The notes beneath the pieces were generated by a model. The model was given only the letters and a program-made list of their open reading frames with translations, ran no database searches and was not told where the DNA came from. From a virus (lineage: Duplodnaviria > Caudoviricetes): DNA of 42,815 nt. The stretch's first letter is position 1. Each line of letters opens with the position of its first letter. Shown here in pieces: positions 1 to 9,778 of the stretch. Both the position numbers and the translations under genes were made by a program. The stretch is from positions 1-42,815 of the IMG/VR virus record IMGVR_UViG_3300036796_000284. One strand, given 5' to 3'.

Positions 1-240
1 ATGTACGTTGAACTCGTTTATGACAAACGCAATGTGGCGGGATTACCTGGCGCGAATGAAATCATCCACTCAGAACTGACGAAACGCGTGCATGGTATTT
101 TCCCTGCAGCAGATGTTCGCGTTAAACCTATGCAAGCCAATGCGGTAAACAGCGACTGTACAAAGACCGAGAAAGAAAAACTAAATCGCCTGATTGAAGA
201 GATGTTTGAGGAAGCAGAATTCTGGCTCGTTAACGAGTAG
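1..240 (+). CDS. dinI: DinI-like family protein
   Basis: 79 aa, MYVELVYDKRN...ELTKRVH..FP...VRVK...EEMFEEAEFWL, typical of phage/enterobacterial DinI/MsgA-like proteins. Confidence 0.85.
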   Translation: MYVELVYDKRNVAGLPGANEIIHSELTKRVHGIFPAADVRVKPMQANAVNSDCTKTEKEKLNRLIEEMFEEAEFWLVNE

Positions 241-245
241 CTGTT

Positions 246-488
246 ATGGACAACATGATCATATCAGGCGTAAGAATTTACTTTCCGCTTCCAGGGGAAC
301 GCTTACCCTTCCCATCCTCCGATATCCGAAGCTTTGCAATTAAAAGCACAACGGGTTCTCACTCTTGCCTTCTTGAGTTTCAGCGGGGGGAATGGCTTGT
401 ACTTCCTCTTCCTGAATTTGAAACCTCAGGAAAGGCAATAATGGCAGCAGTAAGGCTGGGCAAAAATTCCGGCCATGATGATGCATAA
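246..488 (+). CDS. Hypothetical protein
   Basis: 80 aa ATG ORF starting 5 nt after the dinI stop on the same strand, filling the gap to the SRAP gene; no recognised motif. Confidence 0.55.
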   Translation: MDNMIISGVRIYFPLPGERLPFPSSDIRSFAIKSTTGSHSCLLEFQRGEWLVLPLPEFETSGKAIMAAVRLGKNSGHDDA

Positions 489-555
489 CATCAACAGCCT
501 CTGAATAGCGGACGTACTGACTACTATACTTTCAGTCTTGGATCTGGAGGTAACT

Positions 556-1224
556 ATGTGCGGACGCTTCACTCAAATCCAGTCGCGTGACGACTATCTC
601 TCCTTTCTCGCTGAAGAAGCCGGAAACGATATTCCCTACGATCCCGAACCGATTGGTCGTTACAACGTGGCGCCAGGCACAAAGGTTCTCTTATTGAATA
701 GCCGCGATGATACTTTTCACCTTGATCCTGTCGTCTGGTCCTACGCCCCCGGATGGTGGGACAAAGCGCCACTCATAAATGCCAGGGTTGAAACTGCGGC
801 CACAAGCCGGATGTTCAAACCGTTATGGAACCATGGTCGGGCAATTGTGTTTGCTGATGGGTGGTATGAGTGGAAAAAGGAGGGAGACAAAAAACAGCCG
901 TACTATATTTACCGGAAAGATAAAAAGCCTCTTTTCTTTGCCGCGATCGGTAAGCAGCCGTTTGATATTGGGGATGAAGCAGAGGGATTTTTGATTGTGA
1001 CAGCAGCAGCTGATAAGGGTTTGGTCGATATCCATGATCGCAGGCCTTTGGTATTCACACCAGAGTCAGCACTTAAGTGGATTGATCCTGAAACTACAGG
1101 CGCAGAAGCCAGTGAGCTGGCCCATACCGCCACGGTGCCGGCTGATGAGTTTACCTGGCACCCAATAACCCGGGCTGTCGGGAATGTCAAAAATCAGGGG
1201 CCAGAACTTATTGATCCTATCTGA
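556..1224 (+). CDS. yedK: SOS response-associated peptidase (SRAP/HMCES/YedK), abasic-site DNA crosslinking protein
   Basis: Starts MCGRF (catalytic Cys2) after GGAGG RBS; motifs RYNVAP, INARVET, DGWYEW, IHDRRP, VGNVKN. Confidence 0.95.
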   Translation: MCGRFTQIQSRDDYLSFLAEEAGNDIPYDPEPIGRYNVAPGTKVLLLNSRDDTFHLDPVVWSYAPGWWDKAPLINARVETAATSRMFKPLWNHGRAIVFADGWYEWKKEGDKKQPYYIYRKDKKPLFFAAIGKQPFDIGDEAEGFLIVTAAADKGLVDIHDRRPLVFTPESALKWIDPETTGAEASELAHTATVPADEFTWHPITRAVGNVKNQGPELIDPI

Positions 1225-2491
1225 CCTTCACCACCAACAAATCTTCCCAGCGCGTCGTATAGCGCGGTGAAAGCATGTCTCTTTTCATCTGCCATTGCTG
1301 CTGGATGCCCTGCCCGGCAAAGTACAACGCACCCTTCCCATTTTTATGGTTAAGATGGTCGAGTACCTCCATTAACGCCGCGCTATTTTGTCGTGGGGCA
1401 TTATCATCAAAAAGATTGAGCTGGGCGACGCCCTGGCTAAAGAAATCACCTAACATGATACCGGCCTTCTGATAGCGATGGCCTTCTTTCCAGATTTTAT
1501 CGAGACAGCGCATCGCTGCGGCAATAATATCCCGCGTATCCTGCGTGGGTGTCATCAGTTTCACTGCCCCCTGATTACCATAATATGGTTCGTTTAAAGC
1601 GAAGGGGCTTGTTTTGATGAATACGGAAATATAGCGGCAGAACTGATGTTCGCCCCGTAGTTTCTCCCCTGCTCGCGCTGCATAGCTGCAGATAGCCTGG
1701 CGCATTTGTTCGTAATCGGTGATACGGTCCCCGAACGAACGTGAGCAGACTATTTCTTGCTTAGTCGGGGCAAACTCTTCAAGCCCAAGACAGGGCTCAC
1801 CACGTAGTTCGCGCACCGTACGCTCAAGCACCACATTGAAGTGCTTCCTGATAAACCGGATATCAGTATCAGCCAGCTGCAGCACCGTCTTAATACCCAT
1901 GGACTCAAGCTTTTTAGAAATACGACGACCAATGCCCCAGACCTCATCAACGGGAAAATAGGCCATTAATTTGCGCTGTTTCTCCACATTAGACAGGTCA
2001 ACAACCCCACCGGTCTGGCGCTGCCATTTTTTCGCCGCATGATTCGCGAGCTTGGCTAAAGTCTTGGTTTGCGCTACCCCTACACCTACCGTCAAATGAG
2101 TTCTAAGTAAAATAGTCTCCCGGATCTCTCGTCCGAAATCCTCCAGGTTCCGGCAGTTGCGAACCCCGCTCAGGTCACAGAAGGCTTCGTCAATTGAGTA
2201 AATTTCGCAGCGAGGCGACATCTCCTCGAGTACCGTCATTACCCGATCTGACATATCGGCATACAACTCATAGTTTGAGCTGAAACACACCACGCCGTAT
2301 CGCCTGAAAAGGTCCTTCTGCTTAAAGTACGGGTCGCCCATTTTGACGCCAATGCTTTTAGCCTCCGCACTTCTTGCAATGACACATCCGTCATTGTTCG
2401 AGAGCACGACCACCGGTTTGCCTTCCAGGTCCGGTCTGAACACAGTTTCGCAACTGGCATAGAACGAATTGACATCAACCAGGGCAAACAT
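1217..2491 (-). CDS. umuC: Y-family translesion DNA polymerase V subunit UmuC
   Basis: [41 protein letters not shown] clamp-binding motif, C-terminal [10 protein letters not shown]. Confidence 0.97.
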   Translation of the reverse strand: MFALVDVNSFYASCETVFRPDLEGKPVVVLSNNDGCVIARSAEAKSIGVKMGDPYFKQKDLFRRYGVVCFSSNYELYADMSDRVMTVLEEMSPRCEIYSIDEAFCDLSGVRNCRNLEDFGREIRETILLRTHLTVGVGVAQTKTLAKLANHAAKKWQRQTGGVVDLSNVEKQRKLMAYFPVDEVWGIGRRISKKLESMGIKTVLQLADTDIRFIRKHFNVVLERTVRELRGEPCLGLEEFAPTKQEIVCSRSFGDRITDYEQMRQAICSYAARAGEKLRGEHQFCRYISVFIKTSPFALNEPYYGNQGAVKLMTPTQDTRDIIAAAMRCLDKIWKEGHRYQKAGIMLGDFFSQGVAQLNLFDDNAPRQNSAALMEVLDHLNHKNGKGALYFAGQGIQQQWQMKRDMLSPRYTTRWEDLLVVKVR

Positions 2492-2493
2492 GC

Positions 2494-2913
2494 TCAGCTC
2501 ATCGATTTAATAACAAACGTGACCACGCCCAGAACATTGAGCGTACCTTCACTGCCAATGAGAATTGGTGAGTATGCGGTGTTCATCGGGTTAAGCTGGA
2601 CTGTCGGGTAAAGCTGGAGACGTTTAACCGTAAATTCACCATCAACCGAAGCAATGACCACATCGTTATGCGTGGCGCTGCGCGAACAGTCCACAGCCAG
2701 TAAATCGCCGTCACTGATCCCCCCGTCTATCATCGAGTCTCCCGAAGCCCTGACAAAAAAGGTGCTGGCGGGATGAGGTACGATTAACTGGCTAATGTCT
2801 ACGCGCTCTTCTACGTAGTCTTGTGCAGGAGATGGGAAACCACATTTCACAGGCTCGCTGAACAGTGGAATAGAGATAACTTCGCGAGCTAAGGCAGGCT
2901 GGATAAGGTTCAT
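2494..2913 (-). CDS. umuD: Pol V accessory subunit UmuD (S24 autopeptidase)
   Basis: 139 aa from ATG 2913; CG/FPSPA cleavage site, catalytic Ser in GDSM, Lys in FTVKRL; directly upstream of umuC. Confidence 0.95.
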   Translation of the reverse strand: MNLIQPALAREVISIPLFSEPVKCGFPSPAQDYVEERVDISQLIVPHPASTFFVRASGDSMIDGGISDGDLLAVDCSRSATHNDVVIASVDGEFTVKRLQLYPTVQLNPMNTAYSPILIGSEGTLNVLGVVTFVIKSMS

Positions 2914-2931
2914 ATGATAGCCAAAATTAAT

Positions 2932-2951
2932 TACTGTGTATTCATACAGTA
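2932..2951. promoter_or_regulatory. LexA (SOS) box upstream of umuDC
   Basis: TACTGTGTATTCATACAGTA = CTGT-N8-ACAG, near consensus, 18 nt upstream of the umuD ATG. Confidence 0.93.
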
Positions 2952-3058
2952 TATCTATCATTAAAACTGATCAAGTGAACCGACAGAGTGAACTGGCTAG
3001 GTGATGCTTGTTGGGGATTAAAGGGCTTTACTGATGAATGGATTACGCGTTGTGTAAA

Positions 3059-4198
3059 TTATTCGGCTTTCTGTAATGCCTCAACTTGCCGCTTTAGTTT
3101 TTCCACTTGATCCATTAGAGCAAGAATTGCTTCATGATGGAGAGCAGCAGCAACACCGTATGTATCAGGTGAAAGTACTTTTTCAACAGTCGTACCATCT
3201 GGCAATTCTCTGTCTTCCCCTGCATGGACAGCCTCTGGAAAGGCCTCAGCGACATCTTGTGCGATAAAACCGATCCCCCACAACCCCGTATCAAGTCGCA
3301 TCCATGTGCACCCTTTAAGCAGCGTCATTTTACCTAAAGGATCCGCAATTCTGGCTACTTTATTTTTTAGCCGACCATCAGAATTGGGTATCCATGCTCC
3401 AGGAGAGGTTGCGTTACCATTCATATCAAAATAAAAACTATTTGCGATCTGACTTCCCTGCCCCGGGTCCTGTGCAACAGACAAGACTGCTTTTCTTATA
3501 GCCCCGATTGTTACTATTCCCAGATAAGCCTCCCCTTTAACGTACCCATTAACGTATAAGCGGCTCCTGAATAATCCTCCATATTGATTTAATTCAGATG
3601 AGTAAGATCTATTTGATTGATAGTCTCCAGTGGTTGTTGTTATTCCACCGCTAATAGTTCCTCCATTCTTGCCATCAATCGTATTGAGCCTTGAATCATT
3701 CCCCTGACAAAAAGTATTTTCCTCATTACCAAATGGCGATATCAGCCCGGTTCCTCCCTGAGTTAAAGGCACTGCACCATTAGCCTTCGTCGCCATATTA
3801 TCCGAAAGGTATTTCCACGACGGTCCGGCATAGGTTGAACCATCTGGTAATGTTACCGTGATATTTCCGCTGGCACTGTAAACCTGCTGCCAATTCTGTT
3901 TGTCGTAATTCAGGCCACGAATGGCGCGCGCTGTATCTGCGGCAATTTGCGCAGTAATACCCACCAGTGTGCCGTTTGGAATGGGTGTCCATGCAAGACC
4001 GCTGGAAGTTGGGCCACCATAGACTGTTGTCAGGGTCAGTGCGGTTGCTGACTCGACCGATTTAATACCCAGCGTGTACGTCGTTCCACCCACTACGGCA
4101 ACGAGGAAATCATTGGCTTTGAGTTCAGTAGAAAATGCCGTACCGGAGCCGTTGACGGAAGTTGTATTATTCGTAAGGGTAATTGTGCCTGCTGGCAT
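3059..4198 (-). CDS. Tail fibre / receptor-binding protein with C-terminal intramolecular chaperone (peptidase S74-like) domain
   Basis: N-terminal MPAGTITLTNN..V.GSGTAF anchor typical of enterobacterial prophage fibres; SDGRLK autocleavage motif, GFIAQDV, terminal coiled coil. Confidence 0.88.
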   Translation of the reverse strand: MPAGTITLTNNTTSVNGSGTAFSTELKANDFLVAVVGGTTYTLGIKSVESATALTLTTVYGGPTSSGLAWTPIPNGTLVGITAQIAADTARAIRGLNYDKQNWQQVYSASGNITVTLPDGSTYAGPSWKYLSDNMATKANGAVPLTQGGTGLISPFGNEENTFCQGNDSRLNTIDGKNGGTISGGITTTTGDYQSNRSYSSELNQYGGLFRSRLYVNGYVKGEAYLGIVTIGAIRKAVLSVAQDPGQGSQIANSFYFDMNGNATSPGAWIPNSDGRLKNKVARIADPLGKMTLLKGCTWMRLDTGLWGIGFIAQDVAEAFPEAVHAGEDRELPDGTTVEKVLSPDTYGVAAALHHEAILALMDQVEKLKRQVEALQKAE

Positions 4199-4222
4199 AT
4201 TGCACTCCTGAATTCAGAAAAT

Positions 4223-4244
4223 AAAAAACCGGCACAATGGCCGG
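4223..4244 (-). terminator. Rho-independent terminator upstream of the fibre gene
   Basis: Minus strand CCGGCCATTGTGCCGG hairpin followed by a U6 tract. Confidence 0.7.
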
Positions 4245-4267
4245 GGGTTGTATAAATATTTTTATGG

Positions 4268-4897
4268 TCATGGATACTTTGATATATCAATACATAAAAA
4301 GAACTCTTTGTATTTCCATACCTGACGCTGGCCATTAACCTGAACCCCGGAGCTGCGCACTCCATAAATGCTACTGCCATTTGCCCCGACACTTATTACA
4401 CCCCACAAATAAATATTTTGTGGGGCATTGAGTACGGCAATATAGGTCGAACAAATCCCCGGAGCTACGGCAATCTGGACGCCGGTATCAATAGAGTAAT
4501 TTCCGGTCTGGGAGACACCATAAGGATTATTCACGGTAAAAAACTGCATAGGTAGCATGTCCGTATTCCAGGTCATTTCTCCTGCAGAGTTATAAACAGC
4601 GACACCAAACCCCGTTGTGCTCGTGACCATATTTGCAAACAGATATAGCAAGCCACCAGAATTAGTCTGGGTAATATTTATCGTCCAGACAGCACCCGCA
4701 TTGCTGGTAGTTATACGTGTTGCAGAAGTAGCGACATCATTACGAATAAACACCATCAGGTTTTTCCCTGAGGGGACGGACGTTGTAATTGTACCTGTTC
4801 CACCGAACGCTATTTTACCGATATAATTTAACGGTGTTACATCAGGGCTCATCCACAGAGAACCATCGTCTCTGAATATTTGCAGGCCATAAGTCAT
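4268..4897 (-). CDS. Tail-tip associated protein
   Basis: 209 aa beta-rich protein with two YGLQIF/FGVAVYNSAG-type motifs, located between J and the fibre gene. Confidence 0.7.
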   Translation of the reverse strand: MTYGLQIFRDDGSLWMSPDVTPLNYIGKIAFGGTGTITTSVPSGKNLMVFIRNDVATSATRITTSNAGAVWTINITQTNSGGLLYLFANMVTSTTGFGVAVYNSAGEMTWNTDMLPMQFFTVNNPYGVSQTGNYSIDTGVQIAVAPGICSTYIAVLNAPQNIYLWGVISVGANGSSIYGVRSSGVQVNGQRQVWKYKEFFLCIDISKYP

Positions 4898-4912
4898 GGT
4901 TGAATGACTCCG

Positions 4913-5182
4913 TTATTGATAACAGACAAGCACCGGGCATTCCCCGGAAGCATTGGCATAGGTCAGCGTGTTACCACTGACTGATGCTGTTGCGGGAACG
5001 GTTGCCACACTTTCAAGGTTCGTGATGTAATTCAGCGGGATCGCCTGAAGTGACTTACCTGTAACGCCTGCGTAGGTTTTCGTCCCACTCCCGGAAGTGA
5101 TGAAATCCACAATAAACGAGGGAACAAAACGACCGACCAGTTCCACACCAGACGCATTAAATAACTGGACGCCGTAAGCCAT
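4913..5182 (-). CDS. Small tail-tip associated protein
   Basis: 89 aa, MAYGVQLFNASG start typical of the small gene following J; GGAGGA RBS. Confidence 0.7.
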   Translation of the reverse strand: MAYGVQLFNASGVELVGRFVPSFIVDFITSGSGTKTYAGVTGKSLQAIPLNYITNLESVATVPATASVSGNTLTYANASGECPVLVCYQ

Positions 5183-5456
5183 AATCCTCCCCTGTGCAGG
5201 TATAGTTTTTTAACAGGTTCCGATTTTTCCAGGGACTTCCCATAAAATGGGTATTGAGCGTATTAACAGGCCTTATCCAGAGCACCCCATTTTTATCTAT
5301 CCGCACCTGTTTAATCTTGATTACATCAAATTTCTTGTTGAGATTAACTACTGAGGCATATTCCCCCCGGCAATTAACGTTATGTACTCCATCATTCAGC
5401 GTTGCGCAGCCGCTAATACTGACCAACAACAACGCGCAAAGTACCGTTCTGGTCAT
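5157..5456 (-). CDS. Putative Cor-like outer-membrane lipoprotein (superinfection exclusion candidate)
   Basis: 99 aa from internal ATG 5456: signal peptide with lipobox ISGC and two further Cys; located right after J, where cor lies in phi80/N15/HK022-type phages. Confidence 0.55.
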   Translation of the reverse strand: MTRTVLCALLLVSISGCATLNDGVHNVNCRGEYASVVNLNKKFDVIKIKQVRIDKNGVLWIRPVNTLNTHFMGSPWKNRNLLKNYTCTGEDYGLRRPVI

Positions 5457-8400
5457 AGACTCTTTGCCCTGTATTATTAATAACGTTACGCCCTTGCCCT
5501 GCAAGGGAACCATTAATTTCCAGCGTTCCACTTTTATCCATACGCCAGCCGGTGGTCTGGGACACCCAATTATTGGACTGAATGTAATTGCCAATCTTGG
5601 CATCAGTGATCGTGCCATCCTGAATAAAAGCTGAGCTGATAAAGACCTGACCGTTAACAATGGCGAACGGTGAATAAGCGGTACCCCCGCTCCCACTCAT
5701 AACGACGAACTGATTGGCATTGAAACCAATGCGCGTTGTCACTGGCTGACCGGAAGGTGCCAGTACGGCAATGGTCATCCCGGCGTCGTAGTAATTGCCG
5801 TTAAGGTTCACACCCGCTTTCATGCTGTAGATTGCAGACCCGCCAGAACTGCTAAATACAGATGTCATCTTCTGCTCAAGCGCGGCGGTATTGGTTATTA
5901 ACTGATTGCCAACCGCCTGAAACTGAGCAGATACCAGTGTCGTCTGTTCAGCAAACGCTTTGTCCAGATCAGCAACTGTGGTTCTCACCGTCAGAATATC
6001 GGCGCGGTTCTCGCCATACATTTTGAACTGGTGATCAACTGACGAATTGTTATTCAGCGCATTCTGCAACAGGCCTTCGATGTTGGTGTCAATCTGGCTG
6101 GAGAGTCGTTCACCATCTTCCGAAGTCAGGAAGTCTTTAGCGATATCGCCCAGGTAATCATCAGCATTATCGTTCGCCATGCCGCGAACCCAGTCGGTAT
6201 ACCCTGACTCGTTACCCGTCTTATCAACCAGTTGCGCCCGGTACCAGAATACTTGCCCCGCACGAAGGCCGAGTTGGGTGTATTCGGCCTGCGGATAAGG
6301 GACGTCCGTCAGAAGTATCGAATCCGAATAATCCGCGTTCGGCGTGTACTGGATCTCCGTTTTCAGCGTGTCGGCAGTGTTGGCGGGGAATCCCCAGTTA
6401 AGACGAATACCCCAGTTGATTGGCGTGGCCACAAACCCAACCGGCTTTGGTGGATTACCCACCTTTCCGGTTAATGTTTTTTCGGCTGAATAACCCCATC
6501 CACTTGAAATCTCTGCCGCATTGATTGCACGCACACGCACTATATATCGACCAGAGTAAATACCCGGCACATCGAATGATGTAGTAGAGCTACGCGGTAC
6601 ACTGACCCAGTTTCCTTCATTACGACGCCACTGAGCCTCATAAGAAATAGCGTTACTCGCCTGGTCCCAGCTCACGCGCATGGTTTCCACGCTGATGCCC
6701 TGCTGCACGACAGAGAAAGAGTTAATGACGATATTGTCTGGCGCTGTCTGGCTGCCAGGGGGAATGACACTGACCGGACGCTCATCAATCAACGCGCCGG
6801 TATCAATGCGGGCATATTTATCCGGATCGTAATACGCGCCAGAGATAGTAAACGTGCCGTCGTTATTATCCGTCACGCTCACTACTCGATATTGTTGAGC
6901 GTAGAGCTCATCCGACTCCACCACCCAGACACTTTCTGCCTCGGGAGTTTCGCCATACGCCACCGTCACGGTGACGACATTATCGTTTACCGCCTGGATG
7001 GTCCTGTTCTGCGCAGAACCGGATGGTAGGTTAAGGATAAGTCTGTCGCCAGCAACGACATCAGGTTTTCGGTCAAGTGTGATAACTCGGCCATTTACAG
7101 CGCGAATACGTCCACCCGTAACTTTCCCGGAAAGCATTTCATCAGCCACGGCAATGATATAACCAGGCTGGGGGATCATGCCGTCCAGTCCGACAGAGAA
7201 CGAAATAATACGGTCTTTGTTGTTGGTCAGAATGCCCCAGCGCCCTTTTCGGTTGGCTTCCGACTGACGGGTGCACCCGATTGCCGTCAGCTCGAGCTGG
7301 TTAAAACCATAACGGGAAACCAGATTCTGCTCAAAGACCGACTCCATCGCATCAGAGTAAGCGTTATCCGGATCGGACCAGGACACCAGTGCCGTGGTGT
7401 ATCGGGTTTTGGTTGTGCTACTTGAGTAAGTGAACTGACCATCAATAACGTTTGCTCGTGTGTAGCTGTAATCGATGTCCCTCGGCATGTCTGCCAGCGC
7501 GACAATCTGATTTCCGCCCCAGTAGGTCATCCCTCTGAATATCGCTGCAAAATCACGCAGCACCGTATATGCATCATTTCGGCTCTGGACATAAACGTTG
7601 CAAACATAGCGTGGCTCTGTGCCACTACCACCCTTTCCATCCGGTACCATTTGATCGCAATACTGGGCGACCTGATACAGCGTCCATTTATCTATGTTCG
7701 CCGCCGTCAGCCGATTACCCAGGCCAAAGCGATCGCTTACCACTACATCGTAAAATATCCACGCAGGGTTATCCGTCCACGCCCATTTGAATGAGCCAGT
7801 CCAGGTGCCACTGTAAGTGCGGTTTATCGGATCGTAATTATCCGGCACGCGAATAACGCGCCCACGAGGTTTGCAGGATACTGGAGGGATACTGCCGTTA
7901 AACTGACTGGAATCGAACTCGATATAGAGAAGCGCAGTATTAGGGTAGCGAAGTTTCGCATCGATGACTTCTGTATAACTCTGCAGTGTCATCGTATCGC
8001 CAATCCTGGCGCTGTTCGCATCAGCCGTCAGTTTACGCAGGCGAACGGTCCAGGTGCTCCCGGCCTGAGGCAAATCGAGTCGGTGACTACGCTCATAACC
8101 TGATGTGGTTTTGCCGGTGACCGATGTATTGATTACGGTCTGCCAGGTTCCGCCGTCAGTTTGCAGGTCGATGGCATAATTGATGGAGTAACCCACCAGA
8201 TCGCCGTCGTCTTCCTGGTTGAACAGCGAAGGCCATTTCAGGCGCAGACGAACGGCTGAAAGTTGCGTATTGGTAAAGGTATGCGTCCAGGCGACCGTAC
8301 TTTTAATCTCAGTACCTACACTGATTTCGTTCTCGGTTCCCGGCATTCCCTGAATATAGGCTTGTGCCTGAGCGCCGGAGCGAAACTCCCACGCCACCCC

Positions 8401-8607
8401 ACTAAAATTCGCTGAGCCGTCCGTGTTCTCAAGTGCAGTACCATCAAGAAAAATACTTTTCCCATCCAGCCCACCAGCAAACTCACCTTCACCTAACGCG
8501 ATTAGCAACTTTGCCTTTGCAATCGACTGCAAATCATCAGGCTGTTCGGTCGGGGTACGGGATGACGAAGAGCCGCCCTTACGCCCTTTAATCAGGTTCT
8601 TTGCCAT
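5413..8607 (-). CDS. J: Tail tip / host specificity protein J
   Basis: 1064 aa, GRKGG..R.P.E.PDDLQS start, WTDNPAW motif, FnIII-like segments, C-terminal F.IVNGQVFI..AFIQDGTIT.AKIG. Confidence 0.96.
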   Translation of the reverse strand: MAKNLIKGRKGGSSSSRTPTEQPDDLQSIAKAKLLIALGEGEFAGGLDGKSIFLDGTALENTDGSANFSGVAWEFRSGAQAQAYIQGMPGTENEISVGTEIKSTVAWTHTFTNTQLSAVRLRLKWPSLFNQEDDGDLVGYSINYAIDLQTDGGTWQTVINTSVTGKTTSGYERSHRLDLPQAGSTWTVRLRKLTADANSARIGDTMTLQSYTEVIDAKLRYPNTALLYIEFDSSQFNGSIPPVSCKPRGRVIRVPDNYDPINRTYSGTWTGSFKWAWTDNPAWIFYDVVVSDRFGLGNRLTAANIDKWTLYQVAQYCDQMVPDGKGGSGTEPRYVCNVYVQSRNDAYTVLRDFAAIFRGMTYWGGNQIVALADMPRDIDYSYTRANVIDGQFTYSSSTTKTRYTTALVSWSDPDNAYSDAMESVFEQNLVSRYGFNQLELTAIGCTRQSEANRKGRWGILTNNKDRIISFSVGLDGMIPQPGYIIAVADEMLSGKVTGGRIRAVNGRVITLDRKPDVVAGDRLILNLPSGSAQNRTIQAVNDNVVTVTVAYGETPEAESVWVVESDELYAQQYRVVSVTDNNDGTFTISGAYYDPDKYARIDTGALIDERPVSVIPPGSQTAPDNIVINSFSVVQQGISVETMRVSWDQASNAISYEAQWRRNEGNWVSVPRSSTTSFDVPGIYSGRYIVRVRAINAAEISSGWGYSAEKTLTGKVGNPPKPVGFVATPINWGIRLNWGFPANTADTLKTEIQYTPNADYSDSILLTDVPYPQAEYTQLGLRAGQVFWYRAQLVDKTGNESGYTDWVRGMANDNADDYLGDIAKDFLTSEDGERLSSQIDTNIEGLLQNALNNNSSVDHQFKMYGENRADILTVRTTVADLDKAFAEQTTLVSAQFQAVGNQLITNTAALEQKMTSVFSSSGGSAIYSMKAGVNLNGNYYDAGMTIAVLAPSGQPVTTRIGFNANQFVVMSGSGGTAYSPFAIVNGQVFISSAFIQDGTITDAKIGNYIQSNNWVSQTTGWRMDKSGTLEINGSLAGQGRNVINNTGQRVYDQNGTLRVVVGQY

Positions 8608-8618
8608 ATTGCGTCCAT

Positions 8619-8641
8619 AAAAAAACCACCCGCAGGTGGTT
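8619..8641 (-). terminator. Rho-independent terminator between I and J
   Basis: Minus strand AACCACC-TGCG-GGTGGTT followed by a U tract. Confidence 0.7.
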
Positions 8642-8658
8642 AATTGAATTCGTGATTT

Positions 8659-9246
8659 TTACTGCTGATCTTCGACGTAGATACCAGCCGAAATTATAGC
8701 GCCCCCGATCAGGCGTTCACCATAGAGCAGGGGCACTGGATAACCCTGGGCGGCGGTATTCGTCACGCCACCGAAAGCATACGATGCCTGGTTATCGGCG
8801 CTCTGTTTGCTGGCAAGCCCACCGGGCTGAGGAGAGAGCATCTGGATAACTCCTCCAGCCATTAAGGCCACACCTGGTGCGACCAAGGCCATACTTGCTC
8901 CCGCAGTTACGCCTGATAGCGCATAACCTGCGATAACTAACACTGCTCCAAGTATTGTCTGCAAAAGTCCTGCTTTTTTGCTGCCAATTACTACAGGAAC
9001 GATACGGATCACATCTTCAGTCACGGGAAAGCCAAGGTCATCTTTCCCAATATTTTTCTTTCCTCTAAAGATGGCATATGTCAGTCCACGAAGTTTGCTT
9101 GTAATCATGAATTTTTCAAAGCCAGCAACGGTTGCAGCCAAGGCTCTTGTGGCCTCATGAATCGTACTAATTAACCGATAATGAGTTTTCCCAAATGTCT
9201 TGCCTAACACACCGCCTAGCTCGATTTTCACCATTATCTCTTGCAT
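8659..9246 (-). CDS. I: Tail assembly protein I
   Basis: Ubiquitin-like N-terminus, IRIVPVVIGSK, QGYPVPLLYGE..IGGAIISAG. Confidence 0.93.
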   Translation of the reverse strand: MQEIMVKIELGGVLGKTFGKTHYRLISTIHEATRALAATVAGFEKFMITSKLRGLTYAIFRGKKNIGKDDLGFPVTEDVIRIVPVVIGSKKAGLLQTILGAVLVIAGYALSGVTAGASMALVAPGVALMAGGVIQMLSPQPGGLASKQSADNQASYAFGGVTNTAAQGYPVPLLYGERLIGGAIISAGIYVEDQQ

Positions 9247-9258
9247 ATTTGCTCCATT

Positions 9259-9281
9259 AAAAAAAGCCGCTCTTGCGGCTT
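9259..9281 (-). terminator. Terminator closing the K-I moron
   Basis: Minus strand AAGCCGC-AAGA-GCGGC followed by U7, immediately after the lipoprotein stop. Confidence 0.75.
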
Positions 9282-9284
9282 CGT

Positions 9285-9710
9285 TTAAATGTTTGATGGT
9301 CTTAAATCTAATCCGGAACTTGTATCGCCTGTTATTCGGAATTTTTGTGTTTCATGAGATTGAATTAAGGTTGCATTTTCTTTCATTGGCTGACCAATTT
9401 GATATCCACATAACCCCTTACCGTCTTTATCACCTGATATGCCTAGAATATGCCTCCCCTCCTCAACCTTTATCGATATACTTTCTCCAGTATCGATTCG
9501 AGCCAAAGCTTTGCCATCAACTAATACGGTAACGAAACACCCACCACCAGCAAACCAGCCTTTATCGCGGGTTATAATTAGCGTGGAATCCCCATTAGAT
9601 GCTAATAGAATCCGTTCCAAAGGGACGGGTTTAGCAGTCTCGCTAGCTGTAGGGGTTGTTGAGCATCCTGCTAGCCCCGCAAACATCAACGCAATTATTA
9701 GTTTTTTCAT
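9285..9710 (-). CDS. Lipoprotein moron
   Basis: MKKLIIALMFAGLAGC lipobox; inserted between K and I with its own terminator. Confidence 0.8.
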   Translation of the reverse strand: MKKLIIALMFAGLAGCSTTPTASETAKPVPLERILLASNGDSTLIITRDKGWFAGGGCFVTVLVDGKALARIDTGESISIKVEEGRHILGISGDKDGKGLCGYQIGQPMKENATLIQSHETQKFRITGDTSSGLDLRPSNI

Positions 9711-9778
9711 GTCCTTACCCCCTTTGATGACGTTAGGGCAATCCTAGCGAGTTTGCGACGCAAGGGGAAGTAAAGCAG

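Noticed and set aside
515-536. TACTG...CAGT upstream of SRAP resembling an SOS box
   Set aside because: Spacing is CTG-N13-CAG rather than N10, so it is not a canonical LexA site
2914-2961. Longer 155-aa UmuD start given in the ORF track
   Set aside because: The extension runs through the LexA box/promoter; ATG 2913 gives the canonical 139 aa
3059-4198. Possible diversity-generating or invertible tail-fibre system
   Set aside because: No reverse transcriptase, invertase, template repeat or second fibre cassette in the window
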